A stretch of 64,000 nucleotides of DNA from Octopus sinensis (lineage: Eukaryota): contig NC_043009.1 of the NCBI RefSeq assembly GCF_006345805.1, positions 558,001-622,000 on the forward strand, in the 5' to 3' direction. The position numbers and the translations under genes are program-made. Shown here one piece after another: positions 12,436 to 25,624 of the stretch. How positions within the stretch are numbered: the stretch's first letter is position 1; each line of letters begins with the position of its first letter. The notes beneath the pieces were generated by a model. The model ran no database searches and had not been told where the DNA came from. It was given only the letters and a program-made list of their open reading frames with translations.

Positions 12436-12441
<6 letters not shown>
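11870..12441 (-). mobile_element. Non-coding HHR-bearing element with ~130-bp perfect inverted duplication (PLE-like inverted end)
   Basis: ~11997-12127 is the reverse complement of 12311-12441. An HHR lies between the arms, and (TA)n lies on both flanks. Confidence 0.85.
12152..12233 (-). ncRNA. Type I hammerhead ribozyme
   Basis: ttttgg-CTGACGA-gcta...tagc-GAAA-caattg-TC-ccaaaa. Perfect stem I (6 bp), stem II (4 bp), palindromic stem III, GUC triplet. Confidence 0.92.
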
Positions 12442-12468
<27 letters not shown>

Positions 12469-12504
12469 GATAGATAGATAGATAGATAGACAGATAGATA
12501 GATG

Positions 12505-12616
<112 letters not shown>

Positions 12617-12950
12617 TAGATATAGATATATTTATAACAATTCTCTAAATGAAAATCCCCCTATAGATGATACACAAGACAGCAATCCCGCCACACTTAC
12701 ACTATCTATTAAAAATAGCATTATCCACATATGGAAGGTGCTTTGTTTTCTGACTTTCTAATCATCTCATAAAAATGACTTTTATTACTTTTATTACAAC
12801 CTCAGTTCATCTAAATGTATATATATCTGTCGTTACCTTTCATAAAAAGCCTTTTCTTTTTTTATTTACAATGTGCATTTTCGTTGATTTTTCTTATTTT
12901 CCCCTTACATTTCCACGAGTATTTTATATTTTCTTTTTGTATCATATTTC

Positions 12951-13017
<67 letters not shown>

Positions 13018-13153
13018 GCATACACATGTATATGTCTGCATAAATATTTATGCATATAAATTTACATACATCTAAATACGTATATGTATATCCATATAAA
13101 TATACATATGTACTCACATATACATCTATACGTGCACAGACAAATCACGCAAA

Positions 13154-13201
<48 letters not shown>

Positions 13202-13433
13202 CGTTTATGTTTATGTGTTGGCTTAAACATCTCATTTTTGCTTTGTTTTATTATTATTATTTCCAGATCAATTTACAACGTTCAACTTCGTACACTGCAG
13301 GTGTTGGCCGGTGTTCTTTCTCGACAGGATACGTTTTACCTGTCATCGATCATTCCGCACCATCTGGCACCACATGACAAAAAAAGCAGGATCTACAGTA
13401 TGGAGTCAATTCTCGTTACACACACACACACAC

Positions 13434-13495
<62 letters not shown>

Positions 13496-13497
<2 letters not shown>

Positions 13498-15330
13498 GTG
13501 TAATGATGACCGGTGTCTTGGTGGAAGAGTTGTACAACCATCTGGAAAGTGACCATCTACTTCCAGAACTGTTGTGTGGACACCCCCTGACGATGAAGTA
13601 GACTAGCCCAATACGTAGATATAGAAGGAGAAGTCTAGACGTCAGAGAGAGAGTAGAGTTGAGTAGTAGAAGACATCCGAACGTGCAACATAACAAGAAC
13701 ACAAAGGATGCAGGAAACAAAGTGGGGCAATAAACGATCTCTCATTAGTTGGTAAAATGATAATTAGAAATTGTAGACGCAGACTGACGAGACTAAATTT
13801 AGCCTGGCGAGATAACCAAAAAAAGAAAGGGAAAGGCCATAATACCATAGAGTTGGATAAGTAAAACAATGAACATGTTTGAAATAGCAAAAAAACATGG
13901 AGGATATGCTTAATGAAAATATGAAACACTGGAGGAAAAGAAAACTGGAAAAAGTGAACATCAGACGAGGAGTATTGCTAGCTTATTTCCATTGCTATTC
14001 GTATTGATCATGACACTGCTTACTATGATACTATGAAAAGTTAAAATTGTTTACGATTTGGGGAAAAGAAATGGTCAAACAAATCATCCCCTTTTCATGA
14101 ATGATATAAAGGTTTATACGCAAAATGAAAAACAGCTTGAAGGTCTTGTACATACTACCTGAATTTTCTCAAATTGCGTATGGAATTTGGATAGAAAAGT
14201 ACGCTATATTAAAAATGAAACGAGGGATATTGGAAAGAAGCCAGGGAATTGAAATGCCAAATGGGCAGAGAATGAGAGCGGTTGAAAAAGGACAGTGGTA
14301 CTTGGGAATACTGAAAGCAGACGTGATGAAAAAAATGAAGAAATGAAACAAATTACCAGTAGGGAGTACACAAGGAGGGTAAGAAAATTTTTGCAGTCAA
14401 AGCTGAATTCCAGAAACTTTATTGAAGCAATAAATTCAAGTGCAATACCCTTGATCAGATATGGAGTCGGAATTATAGACTGGATCAGAAACGATATTAA
14501 CAACTCGACAGAAAAACTAGAAAGTTGTTGACGATATATGGAGCCCACCATCCGAAATCTGATGTCAACTGGCTGTACTTGAGGAGATACCAGGATGGAA
14601 GCGACCTAATAGCAGAAGAAGAGTGTGTACAGATGGAAAGGAAAAGTCTATTAGAGTATTTACAGAGCATCACAAAGAAACTACAAAAGACAGTTAATAA
14701 AGAACAGGTGATGAAGCGCGTAATATGAGAAAAGGACGAGAATGAAATACAAAGAGAGCAAGTCAGCCAGATCAAAGAGAAACCTCTGCATGGCCAATTT
14801 GAAGAGCCACTGAAGATGTAGGTGAGACAAAATTCTGGGCTTTATTTAAAAATAGGGGGTAACTAAAAAAGAAAGAGAGCCTAATTGTAACAGCGCAAGA
14901 TCGAGCGGTAAAAACAAACAACTTGAGAAAAAATATATACAGAGAGAATGTATGAGAAAAATGAAGAGTCTGTGGAACTTGGAACGAGACAGTGGCACAT
15001 ATTGTGACAGAATGCCCTATGTTGGCTCAGGAAAAATATAAGAAATGGAGGTACGACCAGATCGTAAAAGTTTTACACTGGAAATTGTGCCAGAAATGAG
15101 GATTTGAAGCTGGAAGCATATGGTACCATCATCGAGTCGAAAGAGTACAAGAGTCGCTGAAATGTAAGATTTTGTGGGACTTTCTTATTCAAACGGAAAA
15201 GAAGTTAGAAAATAATAGACCAGATATAACGATAATAGGAAAAGTGAAGCTGCTTACTTGTCGACCCATCATTCCCATTTGATTCCAGGATCGTAAAGAA
15301 AGAGGAAGAAAAACAAAGAAAATACAATGG
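13496..15330 (+). pseudogene. R4/Dong-type non-LTR retrotransposon, decayed RT-zinc knuckle-RLE region
   Basis: LYNHLESDHLLPE/HKGCRKQS...MIIRNCRRR..LNLAW, HPLFMNDIK (FMDD equivalent), EAINSSAIPLIRYG, HHPKSDV, ETVAHIVTECP, ILWDFLIQT...NRPDI. Confidence 0.9.
13570..13695. mobile_element. 126-bp solo-LTR-like insertion
   Basis: TGTTGTGT...ACATAACA ends with a perfect 5-bp TSD AGAAC (13565-13569 / 13696-13700). Removing it restores the LINE reading frame. Confidence 0.85.
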
Positions 15331-15618
15331 AGAGGTTGAAGGATCGAATCCAATCACTGCAGTTTCACTGTGTCCAGCTGTGAAGCTCTCTTCTGATAGC
15401 AGCTGATTATGCGATGAGAAGAAAAGCTTGAATGAAGAATCACTGCAAGGCTTAATACAATATATATATATATATTATATATATGTGTGTGTGTGTGTGT
15501 ATGTATGTATATATATATATATGTATGTATATGCATGTATATATATGTATATATATATATATGTATGTATGTATATATATATATATATAATATATATATA
15601 TATATGTATGTATATATA

Positions 15619-15665
<47 letters not shown>

Positions 15666-15789
15666 AATGTATGTATACATATATATATATATACATATAT
15701 GTATGTATATGCATGTATATATATGTATATATATATATAATGTGCATGTATTTATATATGTATGTACATATGTATGCATATGTATATTA

Positions 15790-15841
<52 letters not shown>

Positions 15842-17220
15842 AGTGAGCGTTCGCTTCATAGAGCTCATTGGAGAATAAAAGGGAGACTGGTGTAATATTT
15901 AATTGACTCATCAGTTCGTATGCTTATTGTAATAAACTGAAATTCTTCCCATGGGCCACATGAAGTCTATGAGAAACTGTACAGAGCTTCTCCTTTTCTG
16001 TGACTTGTGGCAGAGACTAAATATTCGACTAGCATTCCCATCTGCCCAATACGATACTGAATAATTTATCATCATCATCATCATCATCATTTTTTCTGAG
16101 TCCTACCCGGTGCTTTACGATGACACCACCACCACCACCACCGCCACCGCCGCCACCACCGCCATCATCATCATCATCATCATCATCGTCAGCGGGAGCA
16201 GCATCACCGTCATTATCATCATAGTTTATCTCATGAAAGTGAAGATCTTTATGAAAGGAAGCTCTTGGTAAAGTCGAGTGATTATCCCTTCCATTCAGCA
16301 CCGGATTAACACTTGAGTAATCTTTTAAGTGCTTAGGACTTAATCCCTGCTTCGGTTATATCCCTTGAAGTCAAGCTACTTACCACACAGCCACTCAGTA
16401 AATGATTTTGTCGACTGCATATCTATAGGCATAGATATCTATGAAGTGTGTTATAGAATGCTAAAGTGGGCGTGGTGTAGATAATCGCCAGGTAGGGCTC
16501 AGACAAAAACTCGAATGTGGTGATGCAGGACGCTTCCAAGTGAAGTACGAGTAGCCTCGTAACGAAATTCCGTCCCACCCCGACTTCATCGTAGCCACAC
16601 CCCATCTCAATTTCAGCTTTGTCCGTTGTTGTTATTTTGTTGTTGTTCCTGTTGTCGCCGCCGCCGATCTCCTCCTTCTCCTCCTCCTCCTCCTCCTCCT
16701 CCTCATCATCATCATCGTTCTTATTGTTGTTGCTGCTGCACCTGTCGTTCTTATTGTTGTTGTTTAACTCCAGATCAGACCTGTTTCGAGAGGACTATAA
16801 CCAAAGTCATTCCAGCCATGAATTTCCAAGCATAGTATGGTACATTTCATGTGTTCTGTTAATTTTAAAGACGACAGAATGTAATTTGGCAGAGACTTGC
16901 CTGCCATTTCTAGCGTATTAAGTAAGACTGTAGAAGCTTGCTCTCCTGCCACATGTTATGAAAGTCGATGAGAGGACGGGTAAGATATCCTTGTCTTTAA
17001 TCCTGTCATACATATATTTTGTGCTACTAAAATCCCCAGAAATAAATAAAGATAAGGAACTTATACAGATTAATAAACTTTAACCCCTACTGCAGTACAA
17101 GTTATCCCACGCTGTCATTTTATTTCTGACTTTTTGTTTGTTTTTCTTTTAATTTTTGACAGAAATGTAGTTGTAATTGTTGATGTCAAGTTATTATTAT
17201 TATTATTTGTTGTTAGAGTG

Positions 17221-17267
17221 AGTGACTCTGGTACGAGTTTCAAGCTTCAAATAGCCGTTTTCAAACT
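17221..17267 (-). ncRNA. Decayed type I hammerhead relic downstream of the PLE at 17.7-19.5 kb
   Basis: agt-TTGAAAA-cggct...agctt-GAAA-ctc gtacca gag-TC-act. Stems preserved; two substitutions in CUGANGA. Confidence 0.5.
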
Positions 17268-17567
17268 GAAGAATGTATGTTTTACTGGTTGCTTAAATGC
17301 CAAATTTTTTTCTTACAAGTATACAAACAAAAAAATATACACAAAAAGGGAAGAACATGCTTTAAAAAATACAAAAGCATGTATGCGTAAGAAGAAGAAA
17401 ACGAAGAAGAAGAAGAAATATTTTTAAAAACATATATTTAAGGATGCACACCTATACACACATACATACATGCACACACACAAAGTATACATATATATAC
17501 ATCTATATGTCCATATATATATATATATGTATGTATGCATGTGTATATATATATATATATGTATGCA

Positions 17568-17636
<69 letters not shown>

Positions 17637-17699
17637 TATATAAGAGATAAAGAGAAAGAGAAAAGGGAGAAAAACATATGCATATAACTTTTTGGGTGC

Positions 17700-19545
17700 A
17701 TAAAATAGTCCATAAAAGAGTATATACTCATATGTAGACTTCATTATTCAGGCAGTGTTTGGCTGGTATCTTTCTGTGGATTGTTGAGATGATATTTCTG
17801 GTGGATTTGGTAGTATTTTTTTGCTCAGTTTGGTTGGTATTTTCCATTAAGGCACTATTCTTTGGACTTACGAAAACGTTCATCTTCCGTCCACAATTTG
17901 AAGAAATACAAAATTTTGAATTTTCTTTTTCCACATTTTTCCACGTGTTTCTAACGGAGTCGTCATGGATTTGTTGTCTATATACCCTTACTCTCTCATA
18001 TAGTCCAATGCCGGCTCACTAATGTAGTATTCTTTGCATTCGGGACATTTGGCATAGTAAATTAGGTTTCTGGATTTGCAATTCATATTTGTATTTATTT
18101 TTTAAATGCTGCTGTCTTTAAAAGTAATTTGTTCTCCATCTTCAATGTAATCACATGTTCCACAACGAGGTCACCACATTTTTGAACTCTCTTTGTTGTT
18201 TCTCTACTTGTAAATCTTGCTTGAGTTAAGAGCTTTTTTAGGTTGGGTGCTTGACATCTGCTATAAATTATTTTAAAATCTGTTATTAATTTGTTTCTTT
18301 TTTATTATTGTTGAAGAACTGGGAGGTACCTTTTTGCAGTATTGATGAAGTCGTGATTTCTTGGGTTGTGGGTGATGACAAAAGGAATGCTTATGAGTTC
18401 ATCTTTATTTTTGTGTGTTTGTTTTCCTCTGAGGTCTGTAGTTGTGATGTTTCTTGCTTTGGTGATTGCCGTGTCAATTAATCTAGTGGGATACTTTTGT
18501 TCTTTTAGAAATATTTCTAACTCTGCATCTATTACTACAGTGCAAATTCGTTTTGCTATATCAAAGGTTATGTTTCTTTTGGTATGTGAGGAATGGGAGG
18601 AATGAAAGTTCAAATATTGGTGTGTGTCTGTAGGTTTATAAAGAGATCTGTTTTATGGTGTTATCTTCTTTAATTAGAAGTATGTCTAAATATGTTAATT
18701 CCTTTGTGTGTTGTTTCATGGTGAATTTTATTGAAGTATGTAAATTATTTAAAAGTGAGTGAAAGATTTCTAAGTCTTCTTGGTTTTCGGTCCAAAATAC
18801 AAAACAGTCATCCAAATACCATTTCCACTTGTTTGTTTTTTTTTATATAAACGGAGAATTGTTCGTTAAATGTTTCTCTTTGTTGAGAATAGTGTTTAAC
18901 ATCTAAGAAGCCAGTACAAGTGTTGCATAAATAGGGCTACTTTTTTCCCCATCGCTGTTCCTTTTATTTGTTAGTAGAAGTTGTCGAAGAAGGAGTGATT
19001 ATTTTCCAGTATTAATTTTAATCCTTTTAAAATGAAGGTTTCTGAGAATCTTTCCAATACGATTCAGGTGCTTTGTTAATCAGAAATGTATAGCTTCAAT
19101 TCCTAGGTCGTTTGGGATATCCGTGTATAGACTAGAATTGTCTCCTGGTGGACACTTTTAGGTATGTAGTTTAAAAAGTCCATATCATCCAGGACAAAGC
19201 ATGGTATCATTTTGCATAAAGGGTTTAGAACTACATCTATTAAGTGGTTTAAGCGTTGTGCACTGGATGCTAGTCCTGCAATGATTGGGCGTAGTTTCAG
19301 GTCTCTGGATTTCGGAATTTCTACATATGTTGAATTGTTTTCTTTTATATTTTATCTTAGATTTCTTTTGATTTGTGGATCTTGGGTAATCCATAGAAGT
19401 TACTGGTTTTTATTTCGAAGTTGGTCAAAAAATTAACTTCATTTTCAGTTACGTTATTATGATATTTTGTCTATGTATCTTGCTCATTGTATTTTTATTC
19501 TCGTTATATCGAAGAAATCGGTATAGGTGTTGCAGGTCCAATCAT
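17700..19545 (-). pseudogene. Penelope-like element, decayed RT + GIY-YIG endonuclease
   Basis: GTAMG, YLDDCFVFW, YKPTDTHQYLNFHSSH, IPFVITHNP, NLIYYAKCPECKEYYISE. Confidence 0.9.
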
Positions 19546-19550
19546 TATCC

Positions 19551-20125
19551 TTAAAGTGAATTAGTTTTCCTAGCAGCCAGGATGATATCAAAGTCAGATC
19601 GACAAATAGGTGCGTACTTTCGAGCGAATATTAAGGGATCATTTAAGAGAGTTGGTGATATTGAATAATAATAATTTGAGATGTCAAACTGAAGAAAATG
19701 GGTGCTCTGTTTATCAGGAAGAGATGTGAACCAAGTGATGACGTCACCAGTACAATTCCGGAGCGGAAGCTTAACGTTAGTCCTAACTAGGGGAAGAATA
19801 CAGTCAATAATGCATTTACTAATTCGACCCAAGTTTGATTCAGTGAGGCAGACTAGTCTAATAGAATGCTTAGTGGAGAAGTTGGGTTTGTGTCCTTCAA
19901 GGTGAAGTGGTGGGGTTTAGATATATATGGTTCAGTTCTATTTAGTAAATTTAGATCAGCGATGAGCTTGCAATGGATGTTGTTAATGTCCTTAAGAGCA
20001 TTCTCATGTGCATGTTTATAATTTGCATTTGGTTCCACTGATATGAGGTTGGTGTACGTTTCCAAGGGGAGGGAGTAAAGATTTCCAGTTTTGTCTGAAA
20101 AGACGTGCAGGTGTGATGAACTACA
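19551..20125 (-). pseudogene. Second, different PLE-type RT fragment
   Basis: SDKTGNLY, HFTLKD, VITWF, FLQFDISNYYYSIS, IILAARKT. Confidence 0.75.
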
Positions 20126-20876
20126 AAATTATATCTAAAATAAGGAATTCACCACACATTAATATATAGAAGCTGAAAACATCCAATATTTCCATCGGAA
20201 GGATGAGAGACACATTTTTTGAAACAGCTGTAAAGATGTATCTTCATATTACACTATGATTATATAAATGTAGTGAATTCATATCACTTATAATTGTCCA
20301 TCATCTTTGTTTCTTTTCTTTCTGCATACGCACACACACACACACACACACACTCTCTCTCTCTCTCTCTCTCTCTCATATGCACACGCGCGCGCCCGTG
20401 TATGTGTGAGTGTGTATATGTGTGTATGCATATATGTATGTATGTATGTATGTAATGTATGTATGTATGTATGTATGTATGTATGTATGTATGTATGTAT
20501 GTATGTATGTATGTATGTATGTATGTCGGTTGGTAGATAAGTAGGTAGGAAGTAAGTATGCTGCTACAAAATATTCCAGTATTTCTGCTTTAGAAAATCA
20601 TTTATCAAGTGACAATCGCTATTATCGCATGATAGAACGATAATATTGAAATATGCGCTGACAGAGTTGGCCAGTGTTTCTGTCTGCTGCATGTTTTCAA
20701 CCCTTTCTAACTTGTATTGTACAGGCTTCTCAAAACACTTTAACATTCACACCCACAGATTCCCTCTCACCCCATCCCGCCATTACTCACTCATTCATTT
20801 ACTCTCTCACTCACTCAATTTCTTACTCATACGCTCACACGCATAGATACCTACGTACAATGTCAATGTATACGTA

Positions 20877-20946
<70 letters not shown>

Positions 20947-21736
20947 TTTGTGTGCCTATACATATAAATATATATTACTCATGCATATACATACATACAT
21001 GTATGTGCACACATGCACATACATACACATATATACATATAAACATATATACACACATATTTCTATATCTACTAATCTATCTACTTACCTACCTATCTAT
21101 CTATCCATATAGAGAAGGGAAAATTTACCATGAGAAAAGCGAAAAATGAAAGAGAGAGAGACAAAGAAAGTGAGAGGAAGAAAGAGAAATTGAGAGAGAG
21201 AGAGATGTTTTCTAATGTTGTCACAGATCTTGAAATTTTAAAATTGATCGAAAATTTTCAAATTTCGTATATTGATGTACTTTTTCACGCTGAATCCGAG
21301 TTCGTGATTTATTTATTCCAGAAAAATTTTAGAAAAATGTTCTAGCAATTTAAAGTTTGATCATTCTTATCGTCAGAAAACAGGGTTTGTACGTGAAAGC
21401 TTTGATAAAATGAGAATAAACATTAGAAAACGAAGTTTTAAACAAAATGAAAGCAATGCGTGAGTGTTAATAGATATACAGAGAGAGAGAGAGATGGAGA
21501 GTAACAAAGTGTGTGGTAAATATATATAGAGATAGAGTGATGGTGATAGATAGTGGGCGAGTTGTCGATCTAAAAAGTTGAATTATTTCTCATAGAAAAT
21601 TATATTTTTATTATTACTGTTTACGGACAACCATCTCGTTGGAACGCAGATTTCGAAAATCAACTTCGATTTTCTCGAGGACGAGCCGTTTCAGAGCTTT
21701 TTGCTGGCTAAAAACACCCACACACATAACCACATA

Positions 21737-22116
21737 CTCTTTTACTCTTTTGTTTCAGTCATGTGACTGTGGCCATGCTGGAACACTGCCTTTAGTTGAG
21801 CAAATCGACCCCAGGACTTATTCTTTGGAAGCCTAGTACTTATTCTATCGGTTTCTTTTGCCGAACTGCTAAGTTACGGGGACGTAAACACACCAGCATC
21901 GGTTGTCAAGCGATGTTGGTGGAGGACAAACACAGACACACAAACATATACACACACATACATATATACGACGGGCTTCTTTCAGTTTCCGCCTACCAAA
22001 TCCACTCACAAGGCTTTGTTCAGCCCGAGACTATAGTAGAAGACACTTGGCCAAGGTTCCACGCAGTGGGACTGAACTCGGAACCATGTGGTTCGTAAGC
22101 AAGCTACTTACCACAC
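21737..22116 (-). mobile_element. SINE family A
   Basis: Reverse complement of family A. Confidence 0.88.
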
Positions 22117-22544
22117 ATCCACTGCTTTTGTGAAATAGATAATGAAAAAAAAACGTTTTTCAACTAATTTTTTAGATGCTATTTTAAAAATATAGAACAC
22201 CGGGGGTAATTCAGTAAATTGCTGTTATTTCAATGGTAGATACGATGAATATCTGCTGCCTTTTAATTTATTGAATGCACTAGACATTACCTTGCTTATC
22301 GTAATTACCATTAAGCTCAGTTCCACGATACGAAAATATATAATTGTCATGAAACAGATATCGTTCTTCCTGCCTTATGTCAACACAGAAGCGGAGCGTA
22401 CATGCGTTTGTCTTTATATCGTATTAGGTTGTTGGTCACGCGTGCATGTGAGAGTGAGTGGGTGGTTGAGTGCGTACTTGTGGTGTGTGTGTGTGTGTGT
22501 GTGTGCAGGATGTATTTATGGATGGAAGGATTGATATGTATATA

Positions 22545-22579
<35 letters not shown>

Positions 22580-22745
22580 AGTCAGAGAAACAGAGACAGA
22601 CAGGCAAACAGACAGATATAGGTAAATAGATCGACAGATAGGCAGATAGTTAGATCGACAGGCAGACAGACAGATAGATAGATAGATTAACAGACAGACA
22701 AATAGATACATAGACAGACAGATAGACAGACAGACAGACAGACAT

Positions 22746-22839
<94 letters not shown>

Positions 22840-22899
22840 TAACAGACAGACAGATAGCTACACAGACAGACAGACAGATAGACAGATAGATAGATAGAC

Positions 22900-22964
<65 letters not shown>

Positions 22965-24456
22965 TACCCGTGCTTAATGTTAGGAATCGAAAATGTTTAG
23001 TTTGAATCTCTGCGACGAATGTGACCCACTTTAAGCAATCTCACTCCACAATCAACGCTCGCTGAAAGCTAATCTCGCTTCTCTCAAATATATCATCTCT
23101 CTCTGTCTCTTCCTTCATACCTTTCTCTTTCTTTCTTTCTTTCCCTTTCTCTCTCTTTTCTTTTTTCTCTCCTTTTCTCGCTTTCTCTCTCTCTCTCTCT
23201 CTTTCTCTCTGACTCTCACCCTGCTTCCATTCTCTCTCACTCTTTTTCTCCCTTTATTTCTCTCCTTGCCTCTCTCCTTCCGTGTTTCTCCCTCTCTCTC
23301 TCTCTCTCTCTCTCTTTGCTTTCTCCTCTGTTTCTCTCTCTTTCTCTCTCCATCTCTTTCCTTTTTTCTCTCCCTTTCTTACTCTCTCTCTCTCTTTCTC
23401 TCTCCATCTCTTTCTTTTTCTTTCTCTCTCTTACTCTCTTTCTTTATGTCTCTTATTCTCTCTCTCTCTCTTACTCTGTCTTTATATCTCTTTCTCTCCC
23501 TCTCCCTCTCCCTTTCTTTCTCTCGCTTTACCTCTCCATCCTTCTCTTTCTCCCCCTCCCTCTCTCACTCAGTGCCTCCTTCATTGTCTTTGACTCATGT
23601 ATCCTAGTTAAAATGGCGTATGACGCAAATGGAGAGAGATTCTTAATTGACTTTCTAAACAAACAACTCCGAATGATGCATATTATATTCCTGCAACTCT
23701 CATTCGCCATATTAAGTATTTTATTCTATTCAATGGCAAAATCAATAGTGTTCTAAATTCTTCCTATTTAATAGATTTCTGAGAATTAACCAACATTGAA
23801 GAAATTCTTTTATACAATGAGCAGCCTGCCTTTCCTTTCTTACTTCTTTTCTTTAGGTTTTTCTTTCCTTTTTTCTGGTGGAGGAGGGAGTGCCATCGAA
23901 GAATATAGGCAACCTGAAGCAAAGGAACTATCAACATCTGATTATCATCACCTGCGACACATTTTTATTCCGTCATTTATCTTTTATTTTTCTTCGTGTT
24001 TCTGTCATCGGATTGCGACCATGCTGGGGCACCACATTGAAATATTTAGATCTTTAGTCGTACAACTCAACCCAAGTACTTAGTCTTTTTAAAATTTGGT
24101 ACTTATTTTATCGTTCGCTTTTGCCGAACCGCTAATTTCGTTTCTTTTCCTAAATTTTTTAATTCATACCATTTTTTAATTTGAATTTTTAAAAATATAA
24201 TTTTAGACTTTACAAACTAAACAAAGCGTATCTTTTTCAAAATATTTAAAAATTAAGACAAATTTTAAAATTTTGTATACGAATTGTTCCAGTAATTTTT
24301 TTTAGTTCACATCTTGTCCATAATGGAATCAAAATGATTGAGAGCCATTACAATAACGTGTAACTTTCGGAATATTTGGCTACTATTTCAAGCAGGACAG
24401 GCAGGCAACCACGTAGAGCTGGAATGAGGAACCATTTTAGTACTAACGGCAAATTG

Positions 24457-24889
24457 GGATCTTTTCGGTTTGAACGGCAGTTTTTTAAAATAATTTCCAC
24501 GTAACTAAACACTTTTAAACTTCGTATACTGGTAGAATGTGTTTATAAAACATCTTTTTCTCTTGGCTTTATTGAGAAAATTTTATAGTTTGTAAGATAT
24601 TTGTTGTTTTTTTTCTTCAATTTCTGCAATTTCAACCAATCAGTGACGTCTATTGAGTTAAAAAGCATTCTGTGCCGTATGAATATGTCCCTCGTTTAAG
24701 AAACAGATTGGGTTTATTTACATTTGTGAAGAAAAAAAGATACCCTTCCTCCACCCCTAACCCTAACCCTAACTAACCCTAACCCTAAAAGAGATTGAAA
24801 TGCAATAGATTGATTCTAGGGTTATAATTATGGGTGACAATTTCATATGACACCGCTAGAAAAAACTGCCGTTCAAACCGAAAAGATCC
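24457..24889. mobile_element. MITE with 30-bp TIRs and 8-bp TSD (Merlin-like), containing (CCCTAA)n
   Basis: TIRs ggatcttttcggtttgaacggcagtttttt / aaaaaactgccgttcaaaccgaaaagatcc. TSD gcaaattg at 24449-24456 and 24890-24897. The superfamily is inferred from GG termini plus the 8-bp TSD. Confidence 0.9.
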
Positions 24890-25237
24890 GCAAATTGCAG
24901 GTACCTAAGGACCTGTTAGAGTGGTTGTGTACTAAGAAAAAATTTTGATATTTACAAATACATATTTATGTCACTGATGTAAAGTTATCGTTTTGGTGGA
25001 GTGGATTAAATCGTGTTTTTAAAGTTTACAGATTTTGTCAGCCCCGGAGGAGGAATTCGATTTCAATGTTAGGTAAGGCTTCTATCGCATTCGAGGTATT
25101 CTTTCTTCCGACGTAGAAGATCCCTCGTTTCGAGTGTATGTGTGTTAATTATAATGATATAAGTATACCCGTGTCAGCAAAGTGCTGAGAGCATTGTTAA
25201 TTATAGAGAGTAGCTTGTCGGTGCAAATGAGATTTAA

Positions 25238-25550
25238 TATTGGTTTCAAATTTTGGCACAAGGCCAGCAATTTCATGAGCGGCGGTAAATCGATTACATC
25301 AACCCCAGTGGTCTACTGTCACTTATTTTATCGATACTGAAAGGATGAAATACAAAGTCGTTCTCGGCGGAATTTCAACTTAGACCGTAAAGACGGACGA
25401 AATGCCGCTAAGCATTTTGCTTGGCATTTCGTACGTCTTCACGTTCTGAGTTCAAATTCTGCTGAAGTCGACTTTACCTTTCATGCTTTCAGGGTCGATA
25501 AAGTAGGTACCAATTGCGTACCGGGGTCGATCTAGCCGACTCGACCCCTG
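25238..25550. mobile_element. Two family B SINE pieces, head-to-head
   Basis: Minus copy 25238-~25425 and plus copy ~25425-25550. Confidence 0.75.
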
Positions 25551-25624
25551 CCACAACACTGATTCTGAGGAGGCATGATTGTTGTTGTTGCTGTTGTTGT
25601 TGTTATTGTTGCTGCTGTTATTTA

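Noticed and set aside
15840-15920. Minus-strand CTGATGA...GAAgcgaacgcTC
   Set aside because: No stem I or stem II complementarity, and the GAAA box is incomplete.
24755-24788. True telomere or chromosome fusion site
   Set aside because: Only about five units, in a single orientation, and internal to a MITE.
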